From: Takakia lepidozioides
Lineage: Eukaryota > Plantae > Bryophyta
DNA: 64,000 nucleotides
Direction: 5' to 3'
Assembly: GCA_030704615.1 (NCBI GenBank)
Contig: CM060733.1
Location: 17,794,001 to 17,858,000, forward strand
Made by a program: the position numbers and the translations under genes. Positions 1-13,100 of this stretch are shown here, in pieces (the stretch's first letter is position 1; each line of letters begins with the position of its first letter). Under the pieces are notes generated by a model. That model ran no database searches, was not told where the DNA came from, and was given only the letters and a program-made list of their open reading frames with translations.

Positions 1-357
1 CGATTCCTCACATCTGTTTTTGTTCAATGGAAGACTGCCTGCCCTGAGTTTACATTTCAGTCCAGTGCCAAGGGTAGTTAGGCCCTTCAGATCATCCTTA
101 AGGAGCACACAGAGAGAGGGAGAGAGAGCGTAGCTAAGGTTGACAGATTTCCCAAGGTTCTAATATGGTGTATGTTTTAAAACTTGATGTGGGGTGGTCT
201 CATCTTCTGAGAGAGACTATTTAGTGAGGAACTTTGTAATGTCCACTGGAACCTCTGAAAGAAAGGATTGAGCTTAAGCGGTTATCTCTGCTGGCTTGCA
301 AGGTGAATGTCATATCCAGGTTTTCATGGTTCTTCTTCTCCATTGCTTTGATGCCAG

Positions 358-1257
358 GTGGATGTTGCATATGCGCCTTTTATTGAACGGTTTGAACTTG
401 CCCTCTCTGGGATTAAGAACTATGACATTACAGTTGGGCGACCAAACCTTACCAAGTGGATTGAGGTAAAGAATCTAGTCCTGCCAAAATCGTTGTTGAT
501 AGATACTTCGTCTCTGAACATTTCTCTTTTTTCTCTCTTTCTAATGCTCATGGCTTTAATACAAGAAGGAAAATGCTCTCTTTTCTCTCTTCTTTTACAA
601 TGTCCCCTTCTTTTGTTTCTTTTTCCGGCCCGCTGGACTAGAACCAAGTAATGCCTGGCCCATAGTTTCTGTTTGCATGTGGGCTCTATAACTGCCATGT
701 CAAGCATCAGCTAACTGAACGATTGATCTCTTCTGTGAGTTCTTTCCAGCCCACACTTTCTGTGATGTTGCACTAGGAGTCAGCCTAAGGTCTTGAGAAT
801 GGGGTACTGATGTGGGTGGGAGTATAGGCTGTGAATAAGGTGGAGGCATATACGACCACAAAAGTTGATCGCAACATTCTACTGGATTTGTACAAGAAAA
901 TGCTGGTGAGCTGCCACTAATTTTGGAAGGTGCACATTAGAAAGATGTTTCTATGGATATTGATCTCATTTTGTCGCCTTGTAGTGCCATATGCGATATT
1001 GGAGAGAGAAGACCTGGCGGAGGTGGTGGTGGGGTGAGAGAGGGAGAGAGAGATGTTTTTATCCTGAGGGTTTCTTCATTCTGTTTGCTGAGCGTAGATA
1101 CATATAAACATGTTTGAGATTTTCATGGAGGGGACCTGTGCATGTAAGTTGTTTAAGAAGATATGTTGGGGGCTTGCAGGAAAATGCCTACTTCAAGAAG
1201 GTGGGCATAGTTGAGGACCAAACCCAAACCACCCCAGTACCTGTAGCTAGCACATAA
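358..1257 (+). CDS. GSTL: Lambda-class glutathione S-transferase, copy A (last three exons only; 5' part lies upstream of the window)
   Basis: GT-AG exons 358-465 (VDVAYAPFIERFELALSGIKNYDITVGRPNLTKWIE), 828-905 (AVNKVEAYTTTKVDRNILLDLYKKML) and 1180-1257 (ENAYFKKVGIVEDQTQTTPVPVAST*). Near-identical to exons 8-10 of copy B. Confidence 0.85.
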
Positions 1258-3193
1258 TTCAGATCTTTTGCTGGATTGAGTGGATTGTAGAAAGAAAGTA
1301 AAGTGGGGTGATCATAACCTCGTGGATATGAAAGATCATGGGGAGCTTGCTTTCAAAGGTGGTTTTTAGATAATACCCAGAATGAACTGGGATATGCGAC
1401 CAAACAATTAAGTTGCTTTAGTTAGAAGACCCCAAATATCGTACTTTTGGCCCCCGAGCCTGTGGCTTGTACTTGATTCTGTCTATATGTTGTGTAAAGA
1501 TGGTTAGCTAGCCATGCTAGCAAAAAGGAGATGGTTTCATGGGAAGAGTATTCTGGGCAGAATGTTTGTGGGAGAAGAAATTGTGAGACTGAAAAAGAAG
1601 GTAAGAAAATAGGGAATACAGATAATCATGACTCTTTGTAAACTTTTCACTTCCAAAACAAGTCAAAAGTCTTCGACCAGATTATCTCCCTCGAAGCCCA
1701 GGACATGTTTATCTCGACAATGTGGTGGATTCCACCACCCTCACCTCCCTCATCTGGAAGAGGCTTTACAAAATTGGTGGTTGCTGGCGTGATGGTCCCC
1801 GCATTCAGGCAAGGTGAATAGTTAGTCTTGGTATGCTGTGTAGCACTAGCAAGTGCTGCAGGCTTTGCATGTTTGTTATGGAGGTGGAGACAATGCCCAG
1901 ACAATGGCAAAGGAATTTTGGGATTCTTCCAATTTTTCCACCTCAGATTTGCATCCCAACTCATGCTGTTATGGCAGGAACAGGTAGCACTTTCCTGCAC
2001 GATCTTTGGGGGCCACATGACATATACTCGAGCAAATTGGAGGGCCCTCACGAAACAACCCGCAGCCTTGTCAACTACAAAATCCCGGGCAGTGCCCCCA
2101 TTTTCATTCCATCACGGGTTCAGACGGCCAACCATCAAGGCCAACCATCATGTTTATGCCCAGTCTACAAACTCACATACCCAAGAGCTGAGGGGGATTG
2201 AACATTGAACCCCCTGATCTGCCCAGTATGCAGACAGCTCCCCCCCCCCCGCCCCCGGGGCGCCAAGCAGCCAAGAAACCCAAACAACAGTACCCGCCAC
2301 TGCAACGTGCACCCCATGCCCAAAAGTCATTCAACCAACCAACAATAAAAAGGCAAAACCCAGCCCCCAAGTTTCCCAATCAACAAGACTGGGATCGTAC
2401 ACCTCAGAAAGTCATGACGACATCATGCAGCACCTGACGACGACAGCATGCACACCCCTCGTCATAGTAATCAGAAACAGATCAGCAATCTTCGGCACTA
2501 CTGTTGAAGTAGCTCATGAACCCACAAACAGAACAGACACACCATGCATGTCAATAGCATCTCCCTGCCAACAAGATCACACAAAACAGTGAACAGTTGG
2601 TGCAGAGCACAACCTAACGGTAGGAATAAGTTGTGAGGTAAAAAATAAGGACCCCATGGGCCAGATTGTATGAAATTGTACTTGGAATGTAATTTGACCT
2701 CCCCAATTTCACATGCAAAGGACCCCTAACAAAATTTTGGGGTATGGGGCTCCAGTTTCATTCCTACATCGTGTGAGTGCCCAGGAATCTGAACATGTAA
2801 GTAGGGCATTCCCACAGGAAAATCAAGAACCTGCATTTCAGCTTGGTCAAAGCTTTTTTTTCGATCGAATTGCAGTCCACGTGGTGAAACCACATTTGCA
2901 TTTTCTTATAATCTGCGAATTGCAACCGTGAAAGTCTCTGAAAATCAGGGGCACAACACACCAATAGTGCCAAAAAAAAAAAAAAAAATAGTGCCTTGAC
3001 GTCCTTTCACCACATTTTCTTTCTCCATTGACTTGAACATGATGCATAGTCTCTCTCTACAAAAGAGCCAACAAAGGAAGGAAAAGAACAGAGCAGTGGT
3101 TTTGAAATTTTGAAGAGTGGTAAACGGTAAGTGGGCCACACTGCTACGAAGCTCACCACGAAGCAACGGACACTGTACCCTGTCTACGTCTTC

Positions 3194-6100
3194 ATGGCGT
3201 AAATTACGGGTTGCAGATTAAGTACATATGTAGATGCGAGCAGGCAATGTGATGGCAGCTCTCTTGCACACCCCTCCCCGCCTGTACGTGTGTCGCTATC
3301 TCTTTCCAACTTTGTTTCTGCAAGAATGGATGTGTAGCTTTGCTGCATGAGTGCCGGGATCCGCTTCTTAGAAATATTCCCGGTGCCTTTGCCTTATGGT
3401 CACGGCAATTAAGCTGTGAAGCTTGCTTGGCTGCATTGGGTTCCAGCTCTGTTTTTCATTTCGGGAGAGAATGCTTACTGCTTTTAAAAGTACTCTTCTA
3501 CAGGGTATGCCCAAATGCATGTGCCGTGTTGCAGATTGTGCTTGTGGCAAGTGATAATTTGTACAGGAATGAGCTTAGCTTACTTAGCACAATACAGGCG
3601 TTAAATGGTGGGGTTGCGAAAGGTGCACTGGAGTTAACCATGAAAGAACTTTTGGGGCGGGCAGGGATTACATGCATGCTTCGGACCCCATCCTGTTCCG
3701 TTTTATTTAGATAGTCGAGCTGAAAATTCCAAGAAGGATGTGGTAGACTTAACTTCTTCCCTCCATGCCTGAGTCAGGTGGATTTCTGCATTCGGTTCTC
3801 ATCAAATTTCATACCACTGAAGATCGATGAATAGCACAGTAATTGGTCACTAGACTGATCTATTCTAAACTGGCTGGACAGGGTCAATTTTGTCAAGTCT
3901 CCAGTAATCTTTCGAGGTCCAACGGCAGTGCATTTCTCGACTGTGCAAGATCCCAAGTCCAAGAACATTTTCTCAAAGCAGAGTTCCTTTTATTTTGCGC
4001 AGCATGGCACCCAGGTAGTTGACAACAATTTGGAATAATTTGAGTTCGGTTCAATGGCATAGTACAAGACACAATTTCACAAGAGGGGTAGGCAGGGTTA
4101 GAGAGCAGTACATCGTGCATAGTGTGCTGGCATTTTATAGGGAACTTAAGCAAGTTATGAGGAGGATGTACGTGTAGATATGGACTTCTAAGTAGGGGTA
4201 TTGTGTGGAAAAGATGCTGGATTATGCTGGTGCTGATAATTTTCGAAAACAAGGGGTAAGAGAAGTTGAGGTGAAGCCATACTTGAGTGTGTTAAGCAAA
4301 GATTTGATCTGGCCCTCTACCAAGCAAGGGCATCAGTTCTCAGTTCGGACAATTGCTTTCCGTAAAAATGCTGACCATCAGCCGAGTGTGATTCCTGAAT
4401 AAGCGGTGTGGGTGGATTGACAGCTTGTATCCAAGTCCTCATACGCTCAACTCGAAATCAGAGTGTCCGCCACTTTTTGATGGCACAACCAGGTCAGATA
4501 ATACTTCACCTATTTTTGTTTCATTTTTCAATGGTGCTAACCACGTTGTGAAGGGCAACACACAATTTGGTACTCTTTGTTATTCTTTGCAGACACCGAA
4601 TTTTCTTTGTGTGATAATGTACATCTTCCATCATGTGACATGAAAAGCCGCATCCTTCCCATCTACTGCTTACTTTGGGAGAAGGCATGCGTGATGGTGG
4701 AAAGCTAACTTCTTGGGGTGCGTGTGGGACTAGGCTATACTACAACGACATATCCCCCTATGCACAACGAGTCTGTGTCGCTGTTAACTACAAGGTTTGT
4801 CTTACTTTTCAATTTTGATATGAAGTGAGTGCATACCGAGTGCTATGTTCAATGATTCTCTGAAGACAGGCCTTGGATTTAAGGTTGGTCTCTCCATTAT
4901 TTAGGATAGTTCCAAGGGCTTCCAACTTTGGGAACCTTGGCATTTTGGCACAGTTGAAGTCTACAAAGCTGCTGCATATTGATTAGATGTGCTGTGAAAT
5001 TTTGCTTGCCTTCGTGGAAATTTATGGTATTGTGCTAAGATTAGGTGTGTCAGGCTTGCAAGAAACAGAAGAAGCTGGTATCCAGTGTTCCATTTTCCAG
5101 CTAAATGTGGTTTTGTGAACTGTTGACTTCAAGCAAAGCTTAGATTGCGCTGTAATTATGGACCTCTTAGGCGAATGGACAGTGACAAACAAACACACAC
5201 TGCAATTGTTTCTGAGTACACTTGACAGCTTTTGGAGAAGTAACAATAATGTTGTTTGAAAGCAGTTTACACACCTGAGACTCATGTGGGAAATGTGGGG
5301 ATGGATATAGGGTCTCAAAGACATTGAATTTGTAGAAATCAACCTTGTTGACAAGCCCATTTGGTACAAAGAAAAGGTTTACCCTGTTGGCAAAGTACGC
5401 ACTCTTATCTCTGTTTACATCCCAGTCCGTACTTGTTAGGATCTCAATAGCTGTTCACTTTGCAGTGGCTCTTGTCTCTCTTTACTCTAGAGGAACAATG
5501 GGATAGAGGCAATGGAATGTTTGAGGGAGGGGAAGCTGTGTTGAGCTGTGTGTGTGGATTGGCAGGTTCCAGCACTGGAGCACAATGGCAAAGTGATGGG
5601 TGAGAGCCTTGACTTGCTTCAATACCTGGACAAACATTTTGGAGGGCCACTCTTGTACCCTACAGTACGTAGATGTTCCTGCCTTCCCTTTCGTGGTGAC
5701 TTTTAACACGCTTGTCGTCCTATTGCACCGTTATTTTAAATATGGGTTAAGGTCCTTCTGCTTGGGTGTTCTCAGTCCATCCAGACTGCTGCGAGTACTT
5801 TTGATTTGAGTGGCGATTAATCGAGCAAAGACCAACTGCAAGTTCGGTTGAAACTAAGTTCTTGGAATTGATAACCTCCTTGAAGGCAAGGTTGTTGAAG
5901 AGAGGGGGATATTGGTCGCTCTCTCATTAGAATACCCCTGACATTGTATCAGAAAATAGATATTGTCTTGAACAGGCCGCACGCACATCTGGCATTGACA
6001 ATCCCCCTGTCCTCTCTACATCTATTTACTATACAAAGGTGGACTCCCCTTTCAGTCTATTTCGGAGGGTGGGTAGGCCCTTCAGAGCTCTTGTGTGCAT

Positions 6101-8868
6101 GGTTGGGTGGACAGGAAGAGGCCAAGAAAGAGGCAGCAGCAGAGCTGCTAGAGTACACTGACACGTTTAATAAGGCAGGCTTCACCATCCTGAGCCTGAA
6201 GGATGCTGCACCATTGGAAATACACGAGGCTTTAAGTAAGTTCAGTGTGCTTTCTTCCCTTTTCAGTTTGGTGGATATGTATGTGGAGGACAACTACTAT
6301 CACCTTAGGTGCGAGGGGAGGAACAAACAACCGGACAATATAGACCCTTAAGAAGAACCTTAAACTCGCAGTCAATGCTATTCTTGCTTTCCTTCACTCC
6401 TTGCACCTCACCAAATCAGAACCATCACAGCACTTATCCTCAACAAAGGAAAGTGAAAAGTGGACAAATTGATGTCACATAGTTAGGTCGTTCACAGCAA
6501 GGGGGCAGTACCTGGGAGTGGAAGAGGTTCTCATTTACGCTGGCTCCGGCTGGCGTCATCTCATGCTCTCTCTCTGGAGGACAGCTGTTTGGATGTAGCC
6601 TTTCAAAAGGCTTCGTAAGGAGATGGCGAGTGTGGTTTCTGTTTCTAGTTATTTGGAGCTTAGCTGATTGATGACATCTGCTGTATGTCAGGTCCTGCGC
6701 TTGATTACATAGAAAATACACTTGGGAAATATGCAAATGAAGGACCTTTTTTCCTCGGCAAGTTTGGTGTGGTATGTATGCCATGCCTTCACCTTTGGGA
6801 TATTTCTGAGTTACATTTCCATGGCAAAGTCTAGCAATGTCCTCAATAGGATTGTACGTGCTTAGATGGATTCAAAAACTGTTACTTTAATGCTATTGTG
6901 TTTGCGTTATTTCTTCAGCAATGGGTCATTGTGAACTGCTTTGGAGGTCTCCAAGCATTGTTGTGCAGCATTGTTACGACTGGACACCAAGTTTTTCTAA
7001 AACCTCTCTGCAGCTTAAATTGAAGAACCTGTTGTGTTGCCATCTATGTTAGGAATTGCCAAGCAGGGCCAAAAATATTCATTCCGCAGGATGCAGCCAT
7101 TTGGTAGCTTAGGAGTACACATGCAGGGAAAAACCTGCAAGTTGTTTCCACTTGCTTCCAATTATTATTGAGATAACGTGTAGTTGTAGAGAGAGAGAAG
7201 GAAAGCTATAACATCCACACACATCGAGAATGTACTCATAAGCTGTTGTTTGCTGTAGCCTTTTGGCCGTAGACCCGGTGCCCAGTTTGGGAACCGGCGC
7301 TACCTCTGGTAGGGGCTCACTTGGGACTTGAGGTGATATAACAATAAGTTAGGGCTTTCCAAATTTCCTCTAGAAAGCCCTTTACACAAGCATCAATCTG
7401 CTGTGTGTGAGCTGCTCAGCAAGTAGACCCCAAGAGGGTCAGGGCTTTACACTCAGCCTGGAGATTTTGAAAATTAGGGCACAGAGGTGCAGAGAGTACG
7501 TTCTTGATGGTCCTGAAGAGGGTTGCTCTTTGATGAGAATACCCCTTGCATCAGAAAATGGATATTGTCTTCCGGCAGCCGGCACATTGGGCATTGGCGA
7601 TTCCTCTCTACATCTGTTTTTGTTCAACGGAAGACTGCCTGCCCTGAGTTTACATTTCAGTCCAGTGCCAAGGGTAGTTAGGCCCTTCAGATCATCCTTA
7701 AGGAGCACACAGAGAGAGGTAGAGAGAGAGGGAGAGAGAGCGGAGCTAAGGTTGAGATAATTCCCAAAGCTCTAGTATGGTGTATGTTTTGAAACTTGAT
7801 GTGGGGTGGTCTCATCTTCTGAGAGAGACTATTGAGTGAGAAACTTTGTAACGTCCACTGGAACCTCTGAAAGAAAGGGACGAGCTTAAGCGGTTATCTC
7901 TGCTGGCTTGCAAGGTGAATGTCATATCCAGGTTTTCATGGTCCTTCTTCTCCATTGCTTTGATGCCAGGTGGATGTTGCATATGCGCCATTTATTGAAC
8001 GGTTTGAACTTGCCCTCTCTGGGATTAAGAACTATGACATTACAGTTGGGCGACCAAACCTTACCAAGTGGATTGAGGTTAGTCCTGCCAAAATCGTTGT
8101 TCATAGATACTTCATCTCTGAACATTTCTCTTTTTTGTTCTCTCTAATTTTTATGGCTTTGATACAAGAAGGAAAATGCTCTCTTTTCTCTCTTCTTTTA
8201 CAATGTCCCTTTCTTTTGTTTCTTTTTGCAGCCCGCCGCACTAGAACCAAGTCCCCTAGTTTCTGTTTGCATGTGGGCTCTATAACTGCCATGTCAAGCA
8301 TCAGCTAACTAAACAATTGATCTCTTCTGTGAGTTCTTTCCAGCCCACACTTTCTGTGATGTTGCACTAGGAGGCAGCCTAAGGTCTTGAGAACGGGGTA
8401 CTGATGTGGGTGGGAGTATAGGCTGTGAATAAGGTGGAGGCATATACAACCACAAAAGTTGATCGCAACATTCTACTGGATTTGTACAAGAAAATGCTGG
8501 TGAGCTGCCACTAATTTTGGAAGGTGCACATTAGAAAGATGTTTCTATGGATATTGATCTCATTTTGTCGCCTTGTAGTGCCCATATGCGATATTGGAGA
8601 GAGAAGACCTGGCGGAGGTGGTGGTGGGGTGAGAGAGGGAGAGAGAGATGTTTTTATCCTGAGGGTTTCTTCATTCTGTTTGCTGAGCGTAGATACATAT
8701 AAACCATTGCTTGGTTTATCATGTTTGAGATTTTCATGGAGGGGACCTGTGCATGTAAGTTGTTTAAGAAGATATGTTGGGGGCTTGCAGGAAAATGACT
8801 ACTTCAAGAAGGTGGGCATAGTTGAGGACCAAACCCAAACCACCCCAGTACCTGTAGCTAGCACATAA
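3194..8868 (+). CDS. GSTL: Lambda-class glutathione S-transferase, copy B, 10 coding exons, 260 aa
   Basis: Phase-consistent GT-AG exons 3194-3198 (ATGGC), 4424-4492, 4734-4794, 5311-5394, 5566-5664, 6115-6235, 6692-6771, 7970-8077, 8422-8499, 8791-8868, total 783 nt. GSTL motifs: PPLFDGTTRLY, AQRV..NYKGL, KP.WYKEKVYP.GKVPALEHNGKV.GESLDL, GPFFLGKF..VD.AYAPFIERF, YDIT.GRPNL.KWIE. The 5-nt first exon is inferred from phase and from conservation in copy C. Confidence 0.88.
5830..6090 (-). mobile_element. Degenerate LINE ORF2 C-terminal remnant in GSTL intron 5 (second copy about 12770-13035)
   Basis: Similar to the intron-7 remnant (tcagaaaata/tggatattgtctt, cctctctacatct) and to the reverse complement of 35800-36050. 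Confidence 0.55.
7200..7745 (-). mobile_element. Old LINE 3' remnant in GSTL intron 7 (also at 1-130, 14455-14870 and around 34030-34135)
   Basis: The minus-strand translation LKDDLKGLTTLGTGL resembles ILDDLKGLPTLGTRL of the LINE near 35770. The 3' UTR and tail match 34153-34347. Flanked by GA repeats. Confidence 0.75.
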
Positions 8869-10165
8869 TTCAGATCTTGTGCTGGATTGAGTGGATTGGA
8901 AAGAAAGTAAAGTGGGGTGATCATAACCTCGTGGATATGAAAGATCATGGGGAGCTTGCTTTCAAAGGTGGTTTTTAGATAATACCCAGAATGAACTGGG
9001 ATATGCGACCCAAACAATCAAGTTGCTTTAGTCAGAAGACCCCAAATATTGTACTTTTTGCACCAGAGCCTGTGGCTTGTACTTGATTCTTTGCCTATAT
9101 GTTGTGTAAATATGGTTAGCTAGCCATTGATTGCTAGCAAAAAGGAGAAGGTTTCATGGGAGGAGTATTCTGGGCAGAATGTTTGTGGGAGAAGAAATTA
9201 TGAGACTGAAAAAGAAGGTAAGAAAATAGGGACTAGACAGTATGATAGTGATATGTGGTTGTTATCTTTGCATAAAGATAATCATGACTTTGCGTAAAAC
9301 TTTTCACTTCCAAAACAAGTCAAAGTCTTGCGTCTTGCGTACCCTGGCGTTAAAATCACTCGAGGTGGCCGATTCAGCAGGCCGAATCGGCAGCTGCATA
9401 TATCGACCCCTGAATGACGCAGAATAAGCCTCAACTGCTTTTAACGGGTATATTGACGTGCCCCCAAAGATCAATGCCGGAAAATGTTTCCAATTTTTCC
9501 ACCTCATATGTGAAGTCTTCCCATTTTGGGTTGCATCCCAACTCAGGCTGTTATGGCTGGAGCGTTTATCCCAAAATTCCTTTGCCATTGTCTGGGCATT
9601 GTTGCAGAGCACAACCTAACCGTAGGAATAAGTTGTGAGGTAACCCCATGTGCCAGACTGTATGAAATTGTACTAGGAATGTAATTTAACCTCCCCGATT
9701 TCACATACAAAGGACCCCCAACAAAATTTTGGGGTATGGGGCTCCAGTTTCATTCCTACATCGTGTGAGTGCCCAGGAATCTGAACATGTAAGTAGGGCA
9801 TTCCCACAGGAAAAATCAAGAACCTGCATTTCAGCTTGGTCAAAGCTTTTTTTTCGGTCGAATTGGAGTCCATGTGGAGAAACCACATTTGAATTTTCTT
9901 ATAATCTGCGAATTGCAACCGTGAAAGTCTCTGAAAATCAGGCGCACAACACACCAATAGGTGCCTTGACACGGTGTAAGGTCCTTCGACCACATTTTCT
10001 CCCTTTACTTGAACATGATGCATAGTCTCTCTCTACAAGAGAGCCAACAAAGGAAAGAACAGAGCAGTGGTTTTGAAAGTTTGAAGAGTTGGTAGACGGT
10101 AAGTGGGCCACACTGCTACGAAGCTCACCACGAAGCAACGGACACTGTACCCTGTCTACGTCTTC

Positions 10166-13100
10166 ATGGCGTAAATTACGGGTTGCAGATTAAGTACATA
10201 TGTAGGTGCGAGCAGGCGATGCGATGGCAGCTCTCTTGCACACCCCTCCCCGTTTGTTTCTGCAAGAATGGATGTGTAGCTTTGCTGCATGAGTGCCTGC
10301 TTCTTAGAAATATTCCCGGTGCCTTTGCCTTGTGGTCACGGCAATTAAGCTGTGAAGCTTGCTTGGCTGCATTGGATTCCAGCTCTGTTTTTCATTTCGG
10401 GAGTGAATGCTTACTGCTTTTAAAAGTACTCTTCTACAGGGTATGCCCAAATGCATGTGCCGTGTTGCAGATCGTGGTTGTGGCAAGCGATAATTGGTAC
10501 AGGAATGAGCTTAGCTTTCTTAGCACTATACAGGTGTTAAATGTGGGGTTGCGAAAGGTGCACTGGAATTAACAATGCCAGCATGGCTTTTTGGGCGGGA
10601 AAGGATTACGTGCATGCTTCGGACCCCATCCTGTTCCGTTTTATTTAGATAATGAGCTGAAAATTCCAAGAAGGATGTGGTAGACTTGTAACTTCATCCC
10701 TCCATGCCTGAGTCAGGAGGATTTCTGCATCTTTCGGTTTTCATCAAATTTGATCCCACTGAAGATCGATGAATAGCACAGTAATTGGTCGCTAGACTGA
10801 TCTATTCTAAACTGGCTGGACAGGGTCAATTTTGTCAGGTCTCCAGTAATTCAATCTCTCGAGGTCCAACGGCAGTACATTTCTCGACTGTGCAAGATCC
10901 CAAACATTTTCTCAAAGCAGAGGTTCCTTTTATTTTGCGCAGCATGGCACCCAGGTAGTTTTGAACAATCTTTTTGGAATAATTGAGTTCGGTTCAATGG
11001 CATAGTATTCACAAGAGGGGTAGGCAGGGTGAGAGAGCAGTACATCGTGCATATTGTGCTGGCATTTTACAGGGAACTTAAGCAAGTTATGAGGAGGACG
11101 TACGTATAGATATGGACTTCTAAGTAGGGGTATTGTGTGGAAAAGATGCTGGATTATGCTGGTGCTGATAATTTTCGAAAACAAAGGGTTAGAGAAGTTA
11201 AGGTGAAGCCATACTTGAGTGTGTTAAGCAAGATTTGATCTGGCCCTCTACCAAGCAAGGCATCAGTTCTCAGTTCGGACAATTGCTTTCCGCAAAAATG
11301 CTGACCATCCAGCCGAGTGTGATTCCTGAATAAGAGGTGTGGGTGGATTGACAGCTTGTATCCCAGTCCTCATATGCTCAACTCGAAATCAGAGTGTCCG
11401 CCACTTTTTGATGGCACAACCAGGTCAGATAAAACTTCACCTATTTTCGTTTCATTTTTTCATGGTGCTAACCACGTTGTGAAGGGCAACACCCAACAAT
11501 TTGGTACACTTTGTTATTCTTTGCAGACACCGAATTTTCTGTGTGTGATAATGTACATCTTCCATCACGTGACATGAAAAGCCGCTTCCTTCCCATCTAC
11601 TGCTTACATTTGGGAGAAGGCATGCGTGATGGATGGAAAGCTAACTTCTTGGGGTGCGGGTGGGACTAGGCTATACTACAACGCCTTATCTTCCTATGCA
11701 CAGCGAGTCTGTGTCGCTGTTAACTACAAGGTTTGTCTTACTTTTCAATTTTGATATGAAGTGACTGCATACCGAGTGCTATGTTCAATGATTCTCTGAA
11801 GACAGGCCTTGGATTTAAGGTTGGTCTCTCCATTATTTAGGATAGTTCCAAGGGCTTCCAACTTTGGGAACCTTGGCATTTTGGCACAGTTGAAGTCTAC
11901 AAAGCTGCTGCATATTGATTAGATGTGCTGTGAAATTTTGCTTGCCTTCGTGGAAATTTATGGTATTGTGCTAAGATTAGGTGTGTCAGGCTTCGAGAAA
12001 CAGAAGAAGCTGGTATCCAGTGTTCCATTTTCCAGCTACATATGGTTTTGTGAACTGTTGACTTCAAGCAAAGCTTAGATTGCGCTGTAATTATGGACCT
12101 CTTAGGCGAATGGACAGTGACAAAAAACACACACTGCAATTGTTTCTGAGTACACTTGACAGCTTTGGGAGAAGTAACAATAATGTTGTTTGAAAGCAGT
12201 TTACACACCTGAGACTCATGTGGGAAATGTGGGGATGGATATAGGGTCTCAAAGACATTGAATTTGTAGAAATCAACCTTGATGACAAGCCCATTTGGTT
12301 CCAAGCAAAGGTTTACCCTCTTGGCAAAGTATGCACTCTTATCTCTGTTTTCATCCCAGTCCCCACTTTGTCAGGATCGATAGCTGTTCACTTTGCAGTG
12401 GCTCTTGTCTCTCTTTACTCTAGAGGAACCATGGGATAGAGGCAATGGATGTTTGAGGGAGGGCAAGCTGTGTTTTGAGCTGTGTGTGGATTGGCAGGTT
12501 CCAGCACTGGAGCACGATGGCAAAGTGATGGGTGAGAGCCTTGACTTGCTTCAATACCTGGACAAACATTTTGGAGGGCCACTTCTGTACCCTACAGTAC
12601 GTAGATGTTCCTGCCTTCCCTGTCGTGGTGACTTTTAACACGCTTGTCGTCCTATTGCACCGTTATTTTAAATATGGGTTAAGGTCCTTCTGCTTGGGTG
12701 TTCTCAGTCCATCCAGACTGCTTCTGAGTACTTTTGATTTGAGTGGCGATTAATCGAGCAAAGACCAACTGCAAGTTCGGTTGAAACTAAGTTCTTGGAA
12801 TTGATAACCTCCTTGAAGGCAAGGTTGTTGCAGGAGGGGGATAGTGGTCGTTCTCTCATTAGTATACCCCTGACATTGTGTCAGAAAATAGATATTGTCT
12901 TGAACAGGCTGCGTGCACCTCGGGCTTTGACAATCCCCCTGTCCTCTCTGCATCTATTTACTATACAAAGGTGGACTCCCCGCCCTGAGTGTCAAAATCA
13001 GTCTATTTTGGAGGGTGGGTAGGCCCCTCAGAGTTCTTGTGTGCATGGTTGGGTGCACAGGAAGAGGCCAAGAAAGAGGCAGCAGCAGAGCTGCTAGAGT

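Noticed and set aside
358-651. ORF-track proteins that begin with GST sequence and run on (also 7970-8308, 15074-15370, 5944-6351)
   Set aside because: Read-through from exons into introns; spliced models explain them.
1647-2437. Several overlapping 80-130 aa ORFs between GSTL copies A and B
   Set aside because: No recognisable motifs and not conserved in the duplicated unit.
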